Shown here piece after piece: positions 51,736-64,000 of a stretch of DNA of 64,000 nucleotides (the stretch's first letter is position 1; each line of letters begins with the position of its first letter). A program made the position numbers and the translations under genes. The stretch lies in contig NC_043001.1 in assembly GCF_006345805.1 (NCBI RefSeq), positions 8,866,001 to 8,930,000 on the forward strand, read 5' to 3'. The notes below the pieces were generated by a model that was not told the DNA's origin, made no database searches, and was given only the letters and a program-made list of their open reading frames with translations. The stretch is from Octopus sinensis (lineage: Eukaryota).

Positions 51736-54099
51736 CTTAATCGGTAACAAATTTGTATATATACACATGGCGGCTCAGCGCCGTCATTCCACAATTAACA
51801 TTAGTCATCAAATCTGTGTTGCTCTTTTTCTTGTAAGATATTTTTTATTAAACATATTTCCTTCCAAGATACAATCACCCTGACGTCTTCGATTGGCGTT
51901 GCATTAGTCATTGAACAGTGTTTTCTCTCATGCTGCATAGGTATTATTAATTAACAGTATGGGTTTCTTTAAGTCTACTAAGATTAATGGTCCTGACTCT
52001 TTTGCTTCTTGTGAATAGAGTCTCACGGTAACTTTCTTCTGTTACAGCATTTTAAGGGTCATATTAACACAGTTATCCATCTTTATTTCCATTACCTGCA
52101 TAATTATTTATTTAGCTCTGGAGCCAACCTCTGTGCAGCGTTTATTCGTTTGAAGCATATACTTTCAATTTAAATCGTAGCGAAGACATTGTGTTGTCCA
52201 ATAATTTATGAAAATTGTAACAATTTATGCAAGCGAGTTCTGTGTATATAATCACTCTACATGTCGATTTAACAATGCAGTGTGTGTTCTAAATCACGCT
52301 AACATAATTAAAGCTTTAGAGAGAAGACCTTACGTATAAATACTAAATCTCATGATAACTTGTACATAATAAAGATGGGATATGTGTGACTGAAACACTG
52401 TCAGAACAATAAATTTGGCCTATAATAATTGACTGAACGTTCGATAATCCAAGTCGAGACTGAAACAACATTCTCGACATTGCTTGATTTTCATCGTCCC
52501 GTGTTTTCAATAAACCGACTTAAGTGCTATAAATCTATTCAAGCAGGGCTGAATGAGATTATTCAACAACTGCAATGACAACAGAAACAAAGACAAAAGA
52601 TTATATACCGAATGAAATATTTAATCGACATTTACCAAACCCTGCCTAAGGAATTTTAAATATTTAGAAGATATCTCCACGCAATCTTCTCGTTTTAAGT
52701 AGCATTAGATCAGTTTTGATCAATATGATCTTCAGAGATTAATGTTGAGGTAAAATCCATTCATCATTTTAAGGAGCTTGTCTCACAGCGGTATACATCA
52801 TTCCCTTAATCATATTTTTATACACACGAATCTACAGGTATATATACACTTCACTTCCGATATTTGCTTAATGACTTGTATTGGTTAAATTTTTCAAATT
52901 CTTTCTTTACCTTTCTTAAAATCTATTCTCTATATTTAATTTATGAATGGCTGTCGGCCAGGAAAACCTTAAAACATTGTGATATATATTGTGCTATTTT
53001 AAATTCAGCTGGTCGTATACTCCGTAAGTACGCAAGCGGCTGAAACAAGATATTACTTTTACCTTCCCAATAAGAATATACCAGTAATTCTTAATTGAAT
53101 TCAGTGTTTTTCAAAGACAAACGATTTTCTTTCACTTGTGATTGAAAAACGGAAACGCGTTATGAATCTTTAATAAAGGCTGTACATTATATAAATTACC
53201 TTTTCTTTTTAATAAAACTACATTATTAAAAAAAAATACGTTCTTACTGCTGCTCAAAATCAACCGTACGATCGATCTCAACTATGCCATTTCTACTATT
53301 CTTAAACCGTTATTCCAGAGTTAGCCTCTGTGTTCACTAAACTGTGCACGTCATTAATATATTTCTAGTAAGAATAAGACTGTCAGATACATGACATTTG
53401 CATTCGCTTCCACTTTATGCGACTCACTCATTTCTTCTACCACGAACCAAACATTTTACAAACCTCTGAAATATGAATCAATGTATTTTCATCTGTAAGC
53501 TGTCATTGTGGTTCAAAATACACTCTATAATCAAGCTTCAACAGTCTTAAATAGTTTATGGTTAATGGCAAATTAGATAATGTCTCGCGATGTTTGGTTG
53601 AATTCTCTGTGCGCAGAGATGAAGTAAGACCGAGATCAATTTTGACTTTCATTATTTCGAGATCGGTGAACTTATACAAAATAAGATTGGTGGTTTAGAG
53701 TGACTTTCATTGATTCGAACAAAATATCTTGCAGTATATAGAATAGTTGAGACAGTATTACCTGAAATTATAATGGTTTCAAACTGTTCTGCAAAGTCAG
53801 CGGCTTTGACTTGATAAAGACCGATGGAGTTCCAGGGGAGAAGCTTCCTCAAATTATTATACCCAGGCCTGTTCATTTATGTCTATTCATATTGAAAAGA
53901 TCAACCGATGGAAGTCTTATTCAATTAAATTTTACTCTAAAACTTAGTGTCGATGTTTACGTATTCTCCTCTCTTCTTCAATTATTTCGCATTATATTAA
54001 GCAACTCAGATTCCAGCTTTTACTCCTTGTATTTCTTCTCATTCTTATACACTCACCTTCAGTATAAAATGCTCTTTGAATTATTCTAGTTATTCTTTT

Positions 54100-54505
54100 A
54101 ATCTTTAATTTGCTTCAGTTAATAGACTTCGGCCATGCTGGTGCACCGCCTATACTCGAACAAATCGACCACAGGACATATTCTTTGTAAGCCTAGTACT
54201 TATTCTATCGGCCTCTTTGCCAAACTGCTCAGTTATGGAAACGTAAGCACACCAACAGAGGTTGTCAAGTGATGGTGGGAGGATAAACACAGACACAGAA
54301 ACATATGCATATAATATATATATTATATATATAATATATATATATTATATATATATATATACATATATATACGACGGGCTTCTTTCAGTTTCCGTCTACC
54401 AAATCCACTCACAAGGCTATGGTCAACCCGAGGTTAGAGTAGCCGACACTTGCCCAGCTGCCACGAAGTGGGACTGAACTTCGGAACACAAGAGCCACTC
54501 GTGCG
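54100..54505 (-). mobile_element. SINE family C, full length (duplicate at 57175-57580)
   Basis: Tail, internal (TA)n and head motifs all present. Confidence 0.85.
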
Positions 54506-55475
54506 TCTATATGTATTGTTTATGGCTACAGGAGGTCACCAACTGTGTAAACAACATGACGTACGAAAACAAACGAGTTATATACATAAATTACGAGAGA
54601 AAAATGGAAAACAGGACAAGTAGCTTAGAGAAAAACCCTTCATCAGTTATCGGCTGACTATCTTCGCCTTATTTCGAGTATTGAACGACAACATGAGACT
54701 TCAAAACCCTCTGTCCCTTAAATTCCATAAATGGATTTATGGTGTCCGTGTGTTATCGACGAGGCACGAAGCGGCGATTTTCTGTGCCCGATATCGAAAG
54801 AACGCACTTAAGCTCACGGTATCGCCCACGTACACGTGGATGTACCCGCGACCGATGCCGGAAGGATGTCACGAGATACACACGGTCGATACGGCGACGT
54901 GGTCCGTCCCGTAAATTTCCGAAAGATGACAACTGCGGCCAGTGCAGGTATTGGCGGTGTGTTAAGTGGATTTATGGAGAGTCAAAGAGATTGTGTATTT
55001 AATATTACGTTGTAGGTCGTTTTTATGCTCTGACAGGAAGTTCGAGAACTGAAACCTAATGCAGTAACGACATGTTAGGCGCTGCATGTATTTATATGTT
55101 GTCTTTCATTTTAGTAGATTTCTAAGAACTTGTAATGTAGTGGTGCTGTTAAGTTACTTGGTGGTGCTATTAAACTAGACATCGCTTGGGCGTATACTGG
55201 CCGAAACCTATCAAAGTTGTTATCATAATTTTGTGTTCCTTTATATTTAATTTTCAGTATATTAGGATATTGGCAGGGTATATTCCACGATATATCAAAC
55301 CTTTGTACTAAGCTTATATTTCCCGGGAGCTGTTTCTGCGTCGTTTTGTTTTCCCCTGTTTATGTTTCATCTCTGTAATGATAACGTTGTAGAAATATTG
55401 TTTTTATATTGTTTGTTTGGTTGTACAATTCTTCTCTGTTTGTATTATGTGCGCCCATGCACGTTTGGTATGATT

Positions 55476-55850
55476 GGAGGCGCAATGGCCCAGTGGTTAG
55501 GGCACGGACTCGCGGTCATAGGATCGCGGGTTCGATTCCCAGACCGGGCGTTGTGAGGGTATTGAGCGAAAACACCTAAAGCTCCACGAGGCTTCCGGCA
55601 GGGATGGTGCTGATCCCTGCTGTACTCTTTCACCACAACTTTCTCTCACTCTTACTTCTGTTTCTGTTGTACCTGTATTTCAAGGGCCGGCCTTGCCACT
55701 CTCTGTGTCACGCCTGATATCCCCGAGAACTACGTTAAGGTACACGTGTCTGTGGAATGCTCAGCCACTTACACGTTAATTTCACGAGCAGGCTGTTCCG
55801 TTGATCGGATCAACCGGAACCCTCGTCGTCGTAACCGACGGAGTGCTTCC
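55476..55850 (+). mobile_element. SINE family B, full length (duplicate at 58547-58920)
   Basis: A box TGGCCCAGTGG and B box GGTTCGATTCC. TSD-like tggtatgatt at about 55466 and 55856. Confidence 0.88.
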
Positions 55851-56091
55851 GTCCATGGTATGATTACGAAGACAATTAAAATAATGGCTTGTATTTAATA
55901 TTATATAACGCTGTTGTTCACAAACACTGGATTCTGTCTGACGAACGCGTCACGTCTTTGTCAAGAACTGCGAGTAGTTTTCTGTTACGTAAATACAAAG
56001 ATAGCTTTGTGATAGATGCGATTGGAATATTTCATCTCAGAGACTATTCCTTCACATGAATCCCGTTTCATCTTCTTTAAGAACTCCTTAC

Positions 56092-56257
56092 AATGAAACG
56101 CGAAAAGAAAGCGGGATGTGCGGCCCATTAGAAATTTTAGTAAAAGTAGGTGACAATGTCGAAATCAATGTGGTTAAATGGACCTGCTCAAAGTTATATG
56201 GGGGTAATCTGACAGCAAGACAGCAGCTATCACTTGTCTTTGGTATGTCAGAGTAAC
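56092..56257 (-). CDS. GREB1-like exon 2, 3' part (in-frame copy left of the gap)
   Basis: Open frame YSDIPKTSDSCCLAVRLPPYNFEQVHLTTLISTLSPTFTKISNGPHIPLSFRVS with TT|gtaagg donor. Truncated by the N-gap. Confidence 0.65.
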
Positions 56258-59161
56258 NNNNNNNNNNNNNNNNNNNNNNNNNNNNNNNNNNNNNNNNNNN
56301 NNNNNNNNNNNNNNNNNNNNNNNNNNNNNNNNNNNNNNNNNNNNNNNNNNNNNNNNNAACTATGCCCATTTCTACTACTATTTCTAAACCGTATTCCAGA
56401 GTTAGCCTCTGTGTCACTAAACTGGTGCACGTCATTAATATATTTCTAGTAAGAATAAACTGTCAGATACATGACATTTGCATTCGCTTCCACTTTATGC
56501 GACTCACTCATTTCTTCTACCACGAACCAAACATTTTACAAACCTCTGAAATATGAATCAATGTATTTTCATCTGTAAGCTGTCATTGTGGTTCAAAATA
56601 CACTCTATAATCAAGCTTCAACAGTCTTAAATAGTTTATGGTTAATGGCAAATTAGATAATGTCTCGCGATGTTTGGTTGAATTCTCTGTGCGCAGAGAT
56701 GAAGTAAGACCGAGATCATTTGACTTTCATTATTTCGAGATCGTTGAACTTATACAAAATAAGATTGGTGGTTTAGAGTGACTTTCATTGATTCGAACAA
56801 ATATCTTGCAGTAGATAGAATAGTTGAGACAGTATTACCTGAAATTATAATGGTTTCAAACTGTTCTGCAAAGTCGCGGCTTTGACTTGATAAAGACCGA
56901 TGGAGTTCCAGGGGAGAAGCTTCTCAATTATTATACCCAGGCCTGTTCATTTATGTCTATTCATATTGAAAAGATCAACCGATGGAAGTCTTATTCAATT
57001 AAATTTTACTCTAAAACTTAGTGTCGATGTTTACGTATTCTCCTCTCTTCTTCAATTATTTCGCATTATATTAAGCAACTCAGATTCCAGCTTTTACTCC
57101 TTGTATTTCTTCTCATTCTTATACACTCACCTTCAGTATAAAATGCTCTTTGAATTATTCTAGTTATTCTTTTAATCTTTAATTTGCTTCAGTTAATAGA
57201 CTTCGGCCATGCTGGTGCACCGCCTATACTCGAACAAATCGACCACAGGACATATTCTTTGTAAGCCTAGTACTTATTCTATCGGCCTCTTTGCCAAACT
57301 GCTCAGTTATGGAAACGTAAGCACACCAACAGAGGTTGTCAAGTGATGGTGAGAGGATAAACACAGACACAGAAACATATGCATATAATATATATATTAT
57401 ATATATAATATATATATATTATATATATATATATACATATATATACGACGGGCTTCTTTCAGTTTCCGTCTACCAAATCCACTCACAAGGCTATGGTCAA
57501 CCCGAGGTTAGAGTAGCCGACACTTGCCCAAGCTGCCACGAAGTGGGACTGAACTCGGAACCACAGAGCCACTCGTGCGTCTATATGTATTTGTTTATGG
57601 CTACAGGAGGTCACCAACTGTGTAAACAACATGACGTACGAAAACAAACGAGTTATATACATAAATTACGAGAGAAAAATGGAAAACAGGACAAGTAGCT
57701 TAGAGAAAAACCCTTCATCAGTTATCGGCTGACTATCTTCGCCTTATTTCGAGTATTGAACGACAACATGAGACTTCAAAAACATCTGTTCCCTTAAATT
57801 CCATAAATGGATTTATGGTGTCCGTGTGTTATCGACGAGGCACGAAGCGGCGATTTTCTGTGCCCGATATCGAAAGAACGCACTTAAGCTCACGGTATCG
57901 CCCACGTACACGTGGATGTACCCGCGACCGATGCCGGAAGGATGTCACGAGATACACACGGTCGATACGGCGACGTGGTCCGTCCCGTAAATTTCCGAAA
58001 GATGACAACTGCGGCCAGTGCAGGTATTGGCGGTGTGTTAAGTGGATTTATGGAGAGTCAAAGAGATTGTGTATTTAATATTACGTTGTAGGTCGTTTTT
58101 ATGCTCTGACAGGAAGTTCGAGAACTGAAACCTAATGCAGTAACGACATGTTAGGCGCTGCATGTATTTATATGTTGTCTTTCATTTTAGTAGATTTCTA
58201 AGAACTTGTAATGTAGTGGTGCTGTTAAGTTACTTGGTGGTGCTATTAAACTAGACATCGCTTGGGCGTATACTGGCCGAAACCTATCAAAGTTGTTATC
58301 ATAATTTTGTGTTCCTTTATATTTAATTTTCAGTATATTAGGATATTGGCAGGGTATATTCCACGATATATCAAACCTTTGTACTAAGCTTATATTTCCC
58401 GGGAGCTGTTTCTGCGTCGTTTTGTTTTCCTCTTATGTTTCATCTCTGTAATGATAACGTTGTAGAAATATTGTTTTTATATTGTTGTTTGTATTTACAA
58501 TTTTCTCTGTTTGTATGATGTGCGCCCATGCACGTTTGGTATGATTGGAGGCGCAATGGCCCAGTGGTTAGGGCAGCGGACTCGCGGTCATAGGATCGCG
58601 GGTTCGATTCCCAGACCGGGCGTTGTGAGGGTATTGAGCGAAAACACCTAAAGCTCCACGAGGCTTCCGGCAGGGATGGTGCTGATCCCTGCTGTACTCT
58701 TTCACCACAACTTTCTCTCACTCTTACTTCTGTTTCTGTTGTACCTGTATTTCAAGGGCCGGCCTTGCCACTCTCTGTGTCACGCCTGATATCCCCGAGA
58801 ACTACGTTAAGGTACACGTGTCTGTGGAATGCTCAGCCACTTACACGTTAATTTCACGAGCAGGCTGTTCCGTTGATCGGATCAACCGGACCCTCGTCGT
58901 CGTACCGACGGAGTGCTTCCGTCCATGGTATGATTACGAAGACAATTAAAATAATGGCTTGTATTTAATATTATATAACGCTGTTGTTCACAAACACTGG
59001 ATTCTGTCTGACGAACGCGTCACGTCTTTGTCAAGAACTGCGAGTAGTTTTCTGTTACGTAAATACAAAGATAGCTTTGTGATAGATGCGATTGGAATAT
59101 TTCATCTCAGAGACTATTCCTTCACATGAATCCCGTTTCATCTTCTTTAAGAACTCCTTAC

Positions 59162-59535
59162 AATGAAACGCGAAAAGAAAGCGGGATGTGCGGCCCATTA
59201 AGAAAATTTTAGTAAAGTAGGTGACAATGTCGAAATCAATGTGGTTAAATGGACCTGCTCAAATTTATATGGGGGGTAATCTGACAGCAAGACAGCAGCT
59301 ATCACTTGTCTTTGGTATGTCAGAGTAACACAGAGTTTTGAATGGAGTGACCCGAATCAACCTCAAGTTGTTCCCCAATTTAAACATCCTTTCTGCATTA
59401 TTTCTTTTTTCTCTCTTTGCTTTATAGCGATTACAAATCATTCTGTTAATATTGTCCTCCATTTTTTTTGCTGATTTCTCTTTTCTAGACCATATAAATT
59501 CCCCCAGCTGTCTTGTATAGGACTTCGTTTTCCTT
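59162..59535 (-). CDS. GREB1-like exon 2 (copy right of the gap, small indels in the 3' part)
   Basis: ctaccag| acceptor and |gtaagg donor. Encodes MFKLGNNLRLIRVTPFKTLCYSDIP. Confidence 0.65.
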
Positions 59536-59670
59536 CTGGTAGCCCCCCCCCCAAAAAAAATAATAACAATCATCGTCATCATCAACATTATCATCAAAAT
59601 CATCATAGTCATCATCATCAGTAGTAGTAGTAGTAGTAGTTACACAGATTCTGATACTACCACTACAAAG

Positions 59671-59701
<31 letters not shown>

Positions 59702-60242
59702 ACTAGTAAATAATAATAATAATAATAATAATAATGATGGATGATGATTGATGCTGATGATGTTAATGCAAATAATACTAATAATAATATCAATATAATT
59801 ATTATTAATAAAATATAAAATGAAATCACCATCGTCATCATCATCATCATAATAATACTCATAATCAACCACATAATCACCATCATCATCAGTATAATCA
59901 TCATCGTCATCATAATCATCATCATCCTCATCATCCTCATCATCCTCATCATCCTCATCATAATCATCATAATCATCATAATCGTCATCATCAACATTAT
60001 TATTATTGTATTATTATTGCATTATTATTATTATTATTATTATTATTGTATTATTATTGTATTATTATTATTATTACTATTATTATTCGTGTTCTTTAGG
60101 AGGGATTTTTATGAGGCTATTATGAGCCTCTTTTTTTTTCTTTTTCCTTTGTTCACGTTGTTCTTGTTGTTGTTGTTGTTGCTCCTATTGACGACGCCGA
60201 CGACGCTGGCCGTGGATGATGGTGTTTCGCCGCGGTAGCTAC

Positions 60243-60385
60243 TTGTGTGTAACTACAAAGTCTGCCGTAAAGTGCAGATCACTAATTAAATCCGAACATA
60301 GTACCGACAGCCTTCTTAACTGCTCAATTACAAAGCTATCAATCAGTTCCTCTCCAGATCTCCTGCCAATATCTCTTCAATACAT
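60243..60385 (-). pseudogene. GREB1-like first coding exon, TGA at codon 3
   Basis: ATG TAT TGA, then RDIGRRSGEELIDSFVIEQLRRLSVLCSDLISDLHFTADF, which resembles [34 protein letters not shown] (recalled). AA|gtagct donor, phase 2, fits exon 2. Confidence 0.6.
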
Positions 60386-60792
60386 TTTTTTCTTCTTTTT
60401 CCTCCTATTTATTTTACTTTTTTTGATTTGGCAATGGGAGGGGCCAAACGCTCACTCTTAATTCTTCCAACACAGAGATTTTCCTTTCAGATTTCAAAAG
60501 ATGAATTGTTTTCCTTTGAAATGTCACTACATAGAAAACTCGAGAAGTTTGCTGTTCACGGTTGTGTGCATCTGTAGGGCTTTTTATTTAATTTTTCTCC
60601 ACAACCGACTCACAAGCGTGTAATCGAACAATTTTATTCATTCATTTCGTTTTTCATGTGTTATTTATTCCTTGCTTTATTCATTTTTTTATTTTACGTA
60701 TGTACACACGCACACACTCATGAAATATATAATATAATTTAATATAATATTATATATATATATATACCTATATCTATATATATATATATATA

Positions 60793-60980
<188 letters not shown>

Positions 60981-62754
60981 TACACGTATACATATACATG
61001 TTAGTTTGTCTTTTATTTTTTAGTATATAATTCTAATATTAAAACCCATAATACAAATATTATAAAATGTACGTGTTTCATTGTATATTCTGTTCGTGCG
61101 TTTTTATTTCAGAAAGATTTTTTTTTTATTTCCACATATATTTAAAGAGATACCAACAATATTTCTTGCTAAGTTTATTTTTCTTAGATTCATTTTATGA
61201 GTAAAAGAAGTACTAAGGATATAATAATAATAATAATAATAATAGAAGAAAAGAGACAGTTGGGTCAAGACTGCTTTTCCTATTCTCTTCCACTTCTTTC
61301 GCTGTATTATATACTGCCCTGTCAAACGTGTAATGTACTTGAAGGTGGTAAGACAGTTTACAAAATCAGAATAAATCATTATTTATTGCCAACTTTAGAA
61401 AACGAGAGAGAATATCCTTGATTTATATATTTATAGTGCTTCTGTTTTTTGTTTTAAATCTTTTATAGTCTTACGTCCACATTGGTAAAATGTCAAGTTC
61501 CATGGAGTTTAATATGTATATTTTACTTCGTACGGTAGTTACTGTAAATTATTCGGTGTGTTAGTTATGTTCAGAGGAAAACCAAAAAAAAAAAAATTTT
61601 GTTTGAAATAAGAAACTGTATTCACGAATTCATTTTGATACAGTCATATATATATATACACACAGGTTCATACTACGTAGGTGAAAAGAATGTGTTTGCG
61701 TGTGTATTAGAATACACACATATCCATATACAATATATATGTGTGCGTTCATGTGTGTGTGGTACTCGCTTTAATTTCATTCTCTCTCTCCCTCGCTTAA
61801 TATATATATGTGTATATGTGTATACGTGGCTGGGTGTATGAAATTCAAAAATCCCCAAACAACGCCGGCATATACATAGACATATATATACCTGTACATT
61901 CTTTTATGCAATAAGTGGTGTATTCGTGTGTGCCCGTGTATGTATACATATGTATATAAATAGATAGATATAGATCGGTATTTGTATGCTCGCATCCTAT
62001 ATATTTGCAAAGAAAAAACGAAGGTGTGAGAGCGAAAGATAGATAAAGAGAGTGAGAGAGGGAGAGAATGTGTGCGTGTGTGTGTGTGTGTGGTGTGTGT
62101 GTGAAAGCAAGATGAATAATTACAATGCAATAGATTCATGTCTATATCTGTATACACATCCGTGTGTGTGTCTGGCCATCTGTGCGTATATGTGAGTTTA
62201 TGCATATATCTACATATATACACACATGTTGCGTGAGTCCGTAGACGTTTTACATCTACACATAAAACATAGGTTTATAAATCCCATAATTGCATGCACG
62301 TTCCTTTACTCTTATCTGCCCGATATACATTTTATTAAATTCCAGCGCATATATGCACAGCAAATTATAAATTGTGTATTCATGTAAAGCTTTCAATAAC
62401 TTGCATTTCAATAATTCCAACATGTTAAGGTGAAAACGCGTATATACGTAATTGTCTGAATATCATTATAAAATATATATATATATATATATATATCTAT
62501 ATATATATATATATATATATGTATATGTGAATATATATATATTTGTATCTATATATATATATATATATATTTGTATATATATGTATATATACGATATATA
62601 TATATATACATATCTATATACATATATATATACATATACTCTATATACATATATATACATATATATAATATATATATACATATATATAATATATATATAC
62701 ATATATATATGTATATATATAATATATTAACACATATATATAACTATATAATAC

Positions 62755-62811
<57 letters not shown>

Positions 62812-63642
62812 CATATATATATATACATATATATATAGATGCATATATATACATATATATATATACATATATATAGATGCATATATATAATATATACATA
62901 TATATATATATGTATGTGTATATATCCATATATAATATAATATAGAGAGAGAGAGAGGGGAGAGAGAGAGATATTCAAATTAAGATATAGGAGCATATAT
63001 CTGTGTGCTTATTTGAATACATGCATTGTTAGATGCAATTTTACCTTAAAAGTACATGATTGCGTCTCATAAATATCTTGCCTGTTATAATAACGGAATC
63101 TATCATAAAAGCCATTCGCTGGGTAAATTAGTTAGATAAAATGGAAATCAATTCTGTTCCACAGCAACATCTTTTATAACCTGACTCATTCGCTTGCTCT
63201 TTCAGAATGAATGAATGAATGAAGTCAAGTTTAGAGTCATACACACACTCACACACACGCACACATATAAGCGCTCACACACACATATACATATTTTTTA
63301 TATATATATATATTTAAATATATATATATACATACATGCGCAAACATATATACGCACATATATACATACATATATACACACGTATATTCATTCATATATA
63401 TATATATAAATAAGCATATATAAGTGTGTGTGCGCATATATATATATATATATAAGAGAGAGAGAGAGATAAAGGGACAGAGAAAGAGAGAGAGAGAGAT
63501 GTGTATGAGTTGGTATCTGCACACGAATGTATGCATCTGCTTGTTGTAATATATCATATACTTAGGCCTACATATATGTATGTGATATACCATATATATA
63601 ATAGGTATATATATATAATATATATATATATATATTATATAT

Positions 63643-63673
<31 letters not shown>

Positions 63674-63745
63674 ATTGACGCATTCTTCGTGTTTAATATA
63701 ACAAAAGGGAAGAAGAGAGGGATATATATATATTATATATATATT

Positions 63746-63785
<40 letters not shown>

Positions 63786-64000
63786 TTATATATATATATA
63801 TATAGAGAGAGGAGAGATTAATACACACATACATATACATACGTACCTACGTACATATACCAGAAGTAGTATAAGGAGAAAATGATTGATGGAGACACAC
63901 ATAAGGAGAGGGGGAATAAGAGACAGAATGAGAGACAGACAGATAGAACTACATCCATAGATACGTTGATAGATACTCTGAGAATGATACTTCACGCAGC

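Larger units (their letters stand above)
53280..59329 (+). other. 3-kb direct duplication (53280-56257 / 56358-59329) around a 100-N gap
   Basis: Copies differ mostly by 1-bp indels; both abut the gap. Confidence 0.92.

Noticed and set aside
53300-53880. 74-aa ORF at 53652-53876 as a host exon, or region as a decayed Gypsy RT
   Set aside because: Out of colinear order for the GREB1-like model and motifs are too degenerate to support either call.
54630-54685. Minus-strand GAAA…CTGATGA as a permuted (type II) hammerhead
   Set aside because: Stems I and III cannot be formed convincingly.
55476-55550. tRNA-like sequence with A and B boxes (also 17490 and 58547)
   Set aside because: Runs straight into SINE bodies and lacks a proper acceptor stem; a SINE head rather than a tRNA gene.
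60377-60379. A-to-I editing of UGA to UGG rescuing the GREB1-like stops
   Set aside because: No evidence in DNA, and editing cannot repair the accompanying frameshifts.

Overview
AT-rich, microsatellite-dense animal DNA; the SINE families and repeat load suggest an octopus or related cephalopod (inference). Almost all ORF-track entries are microsatellite artefacts. The main host feature is a minus-strand, multi-exon GREB1/GREB1L-like locus (about 60385 to beyond the left edge, N-terminal half). I pieced it together from 11 exon segments using splice sites, phases and similarity to my recollection of human GREB1. It carries several stops and frameshifts and looks like a decaying pseudogene. 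The introns hold a Penelope-like (GIY-YIG) element plus an inverted partial copy, R4/Dong-type LINEs in (AAT)n, CR1-group and RTE fragments, a Tc1/mariner remnant, MITEs, a HINE and many modular tRNA-SINEs. The most novel-looking signal is a tRNA-headed SINE carrying a Penelope-type minimal hammerhead ribozyme, present twice as head-to-head inverted pairs, which suggests a Penelope-mobilised SINE. The Penelope copies carry a hammerhead with a compensatory U3-A8 core pair. A 3-kb duplication around the N-gap is probably an assembly overlap.
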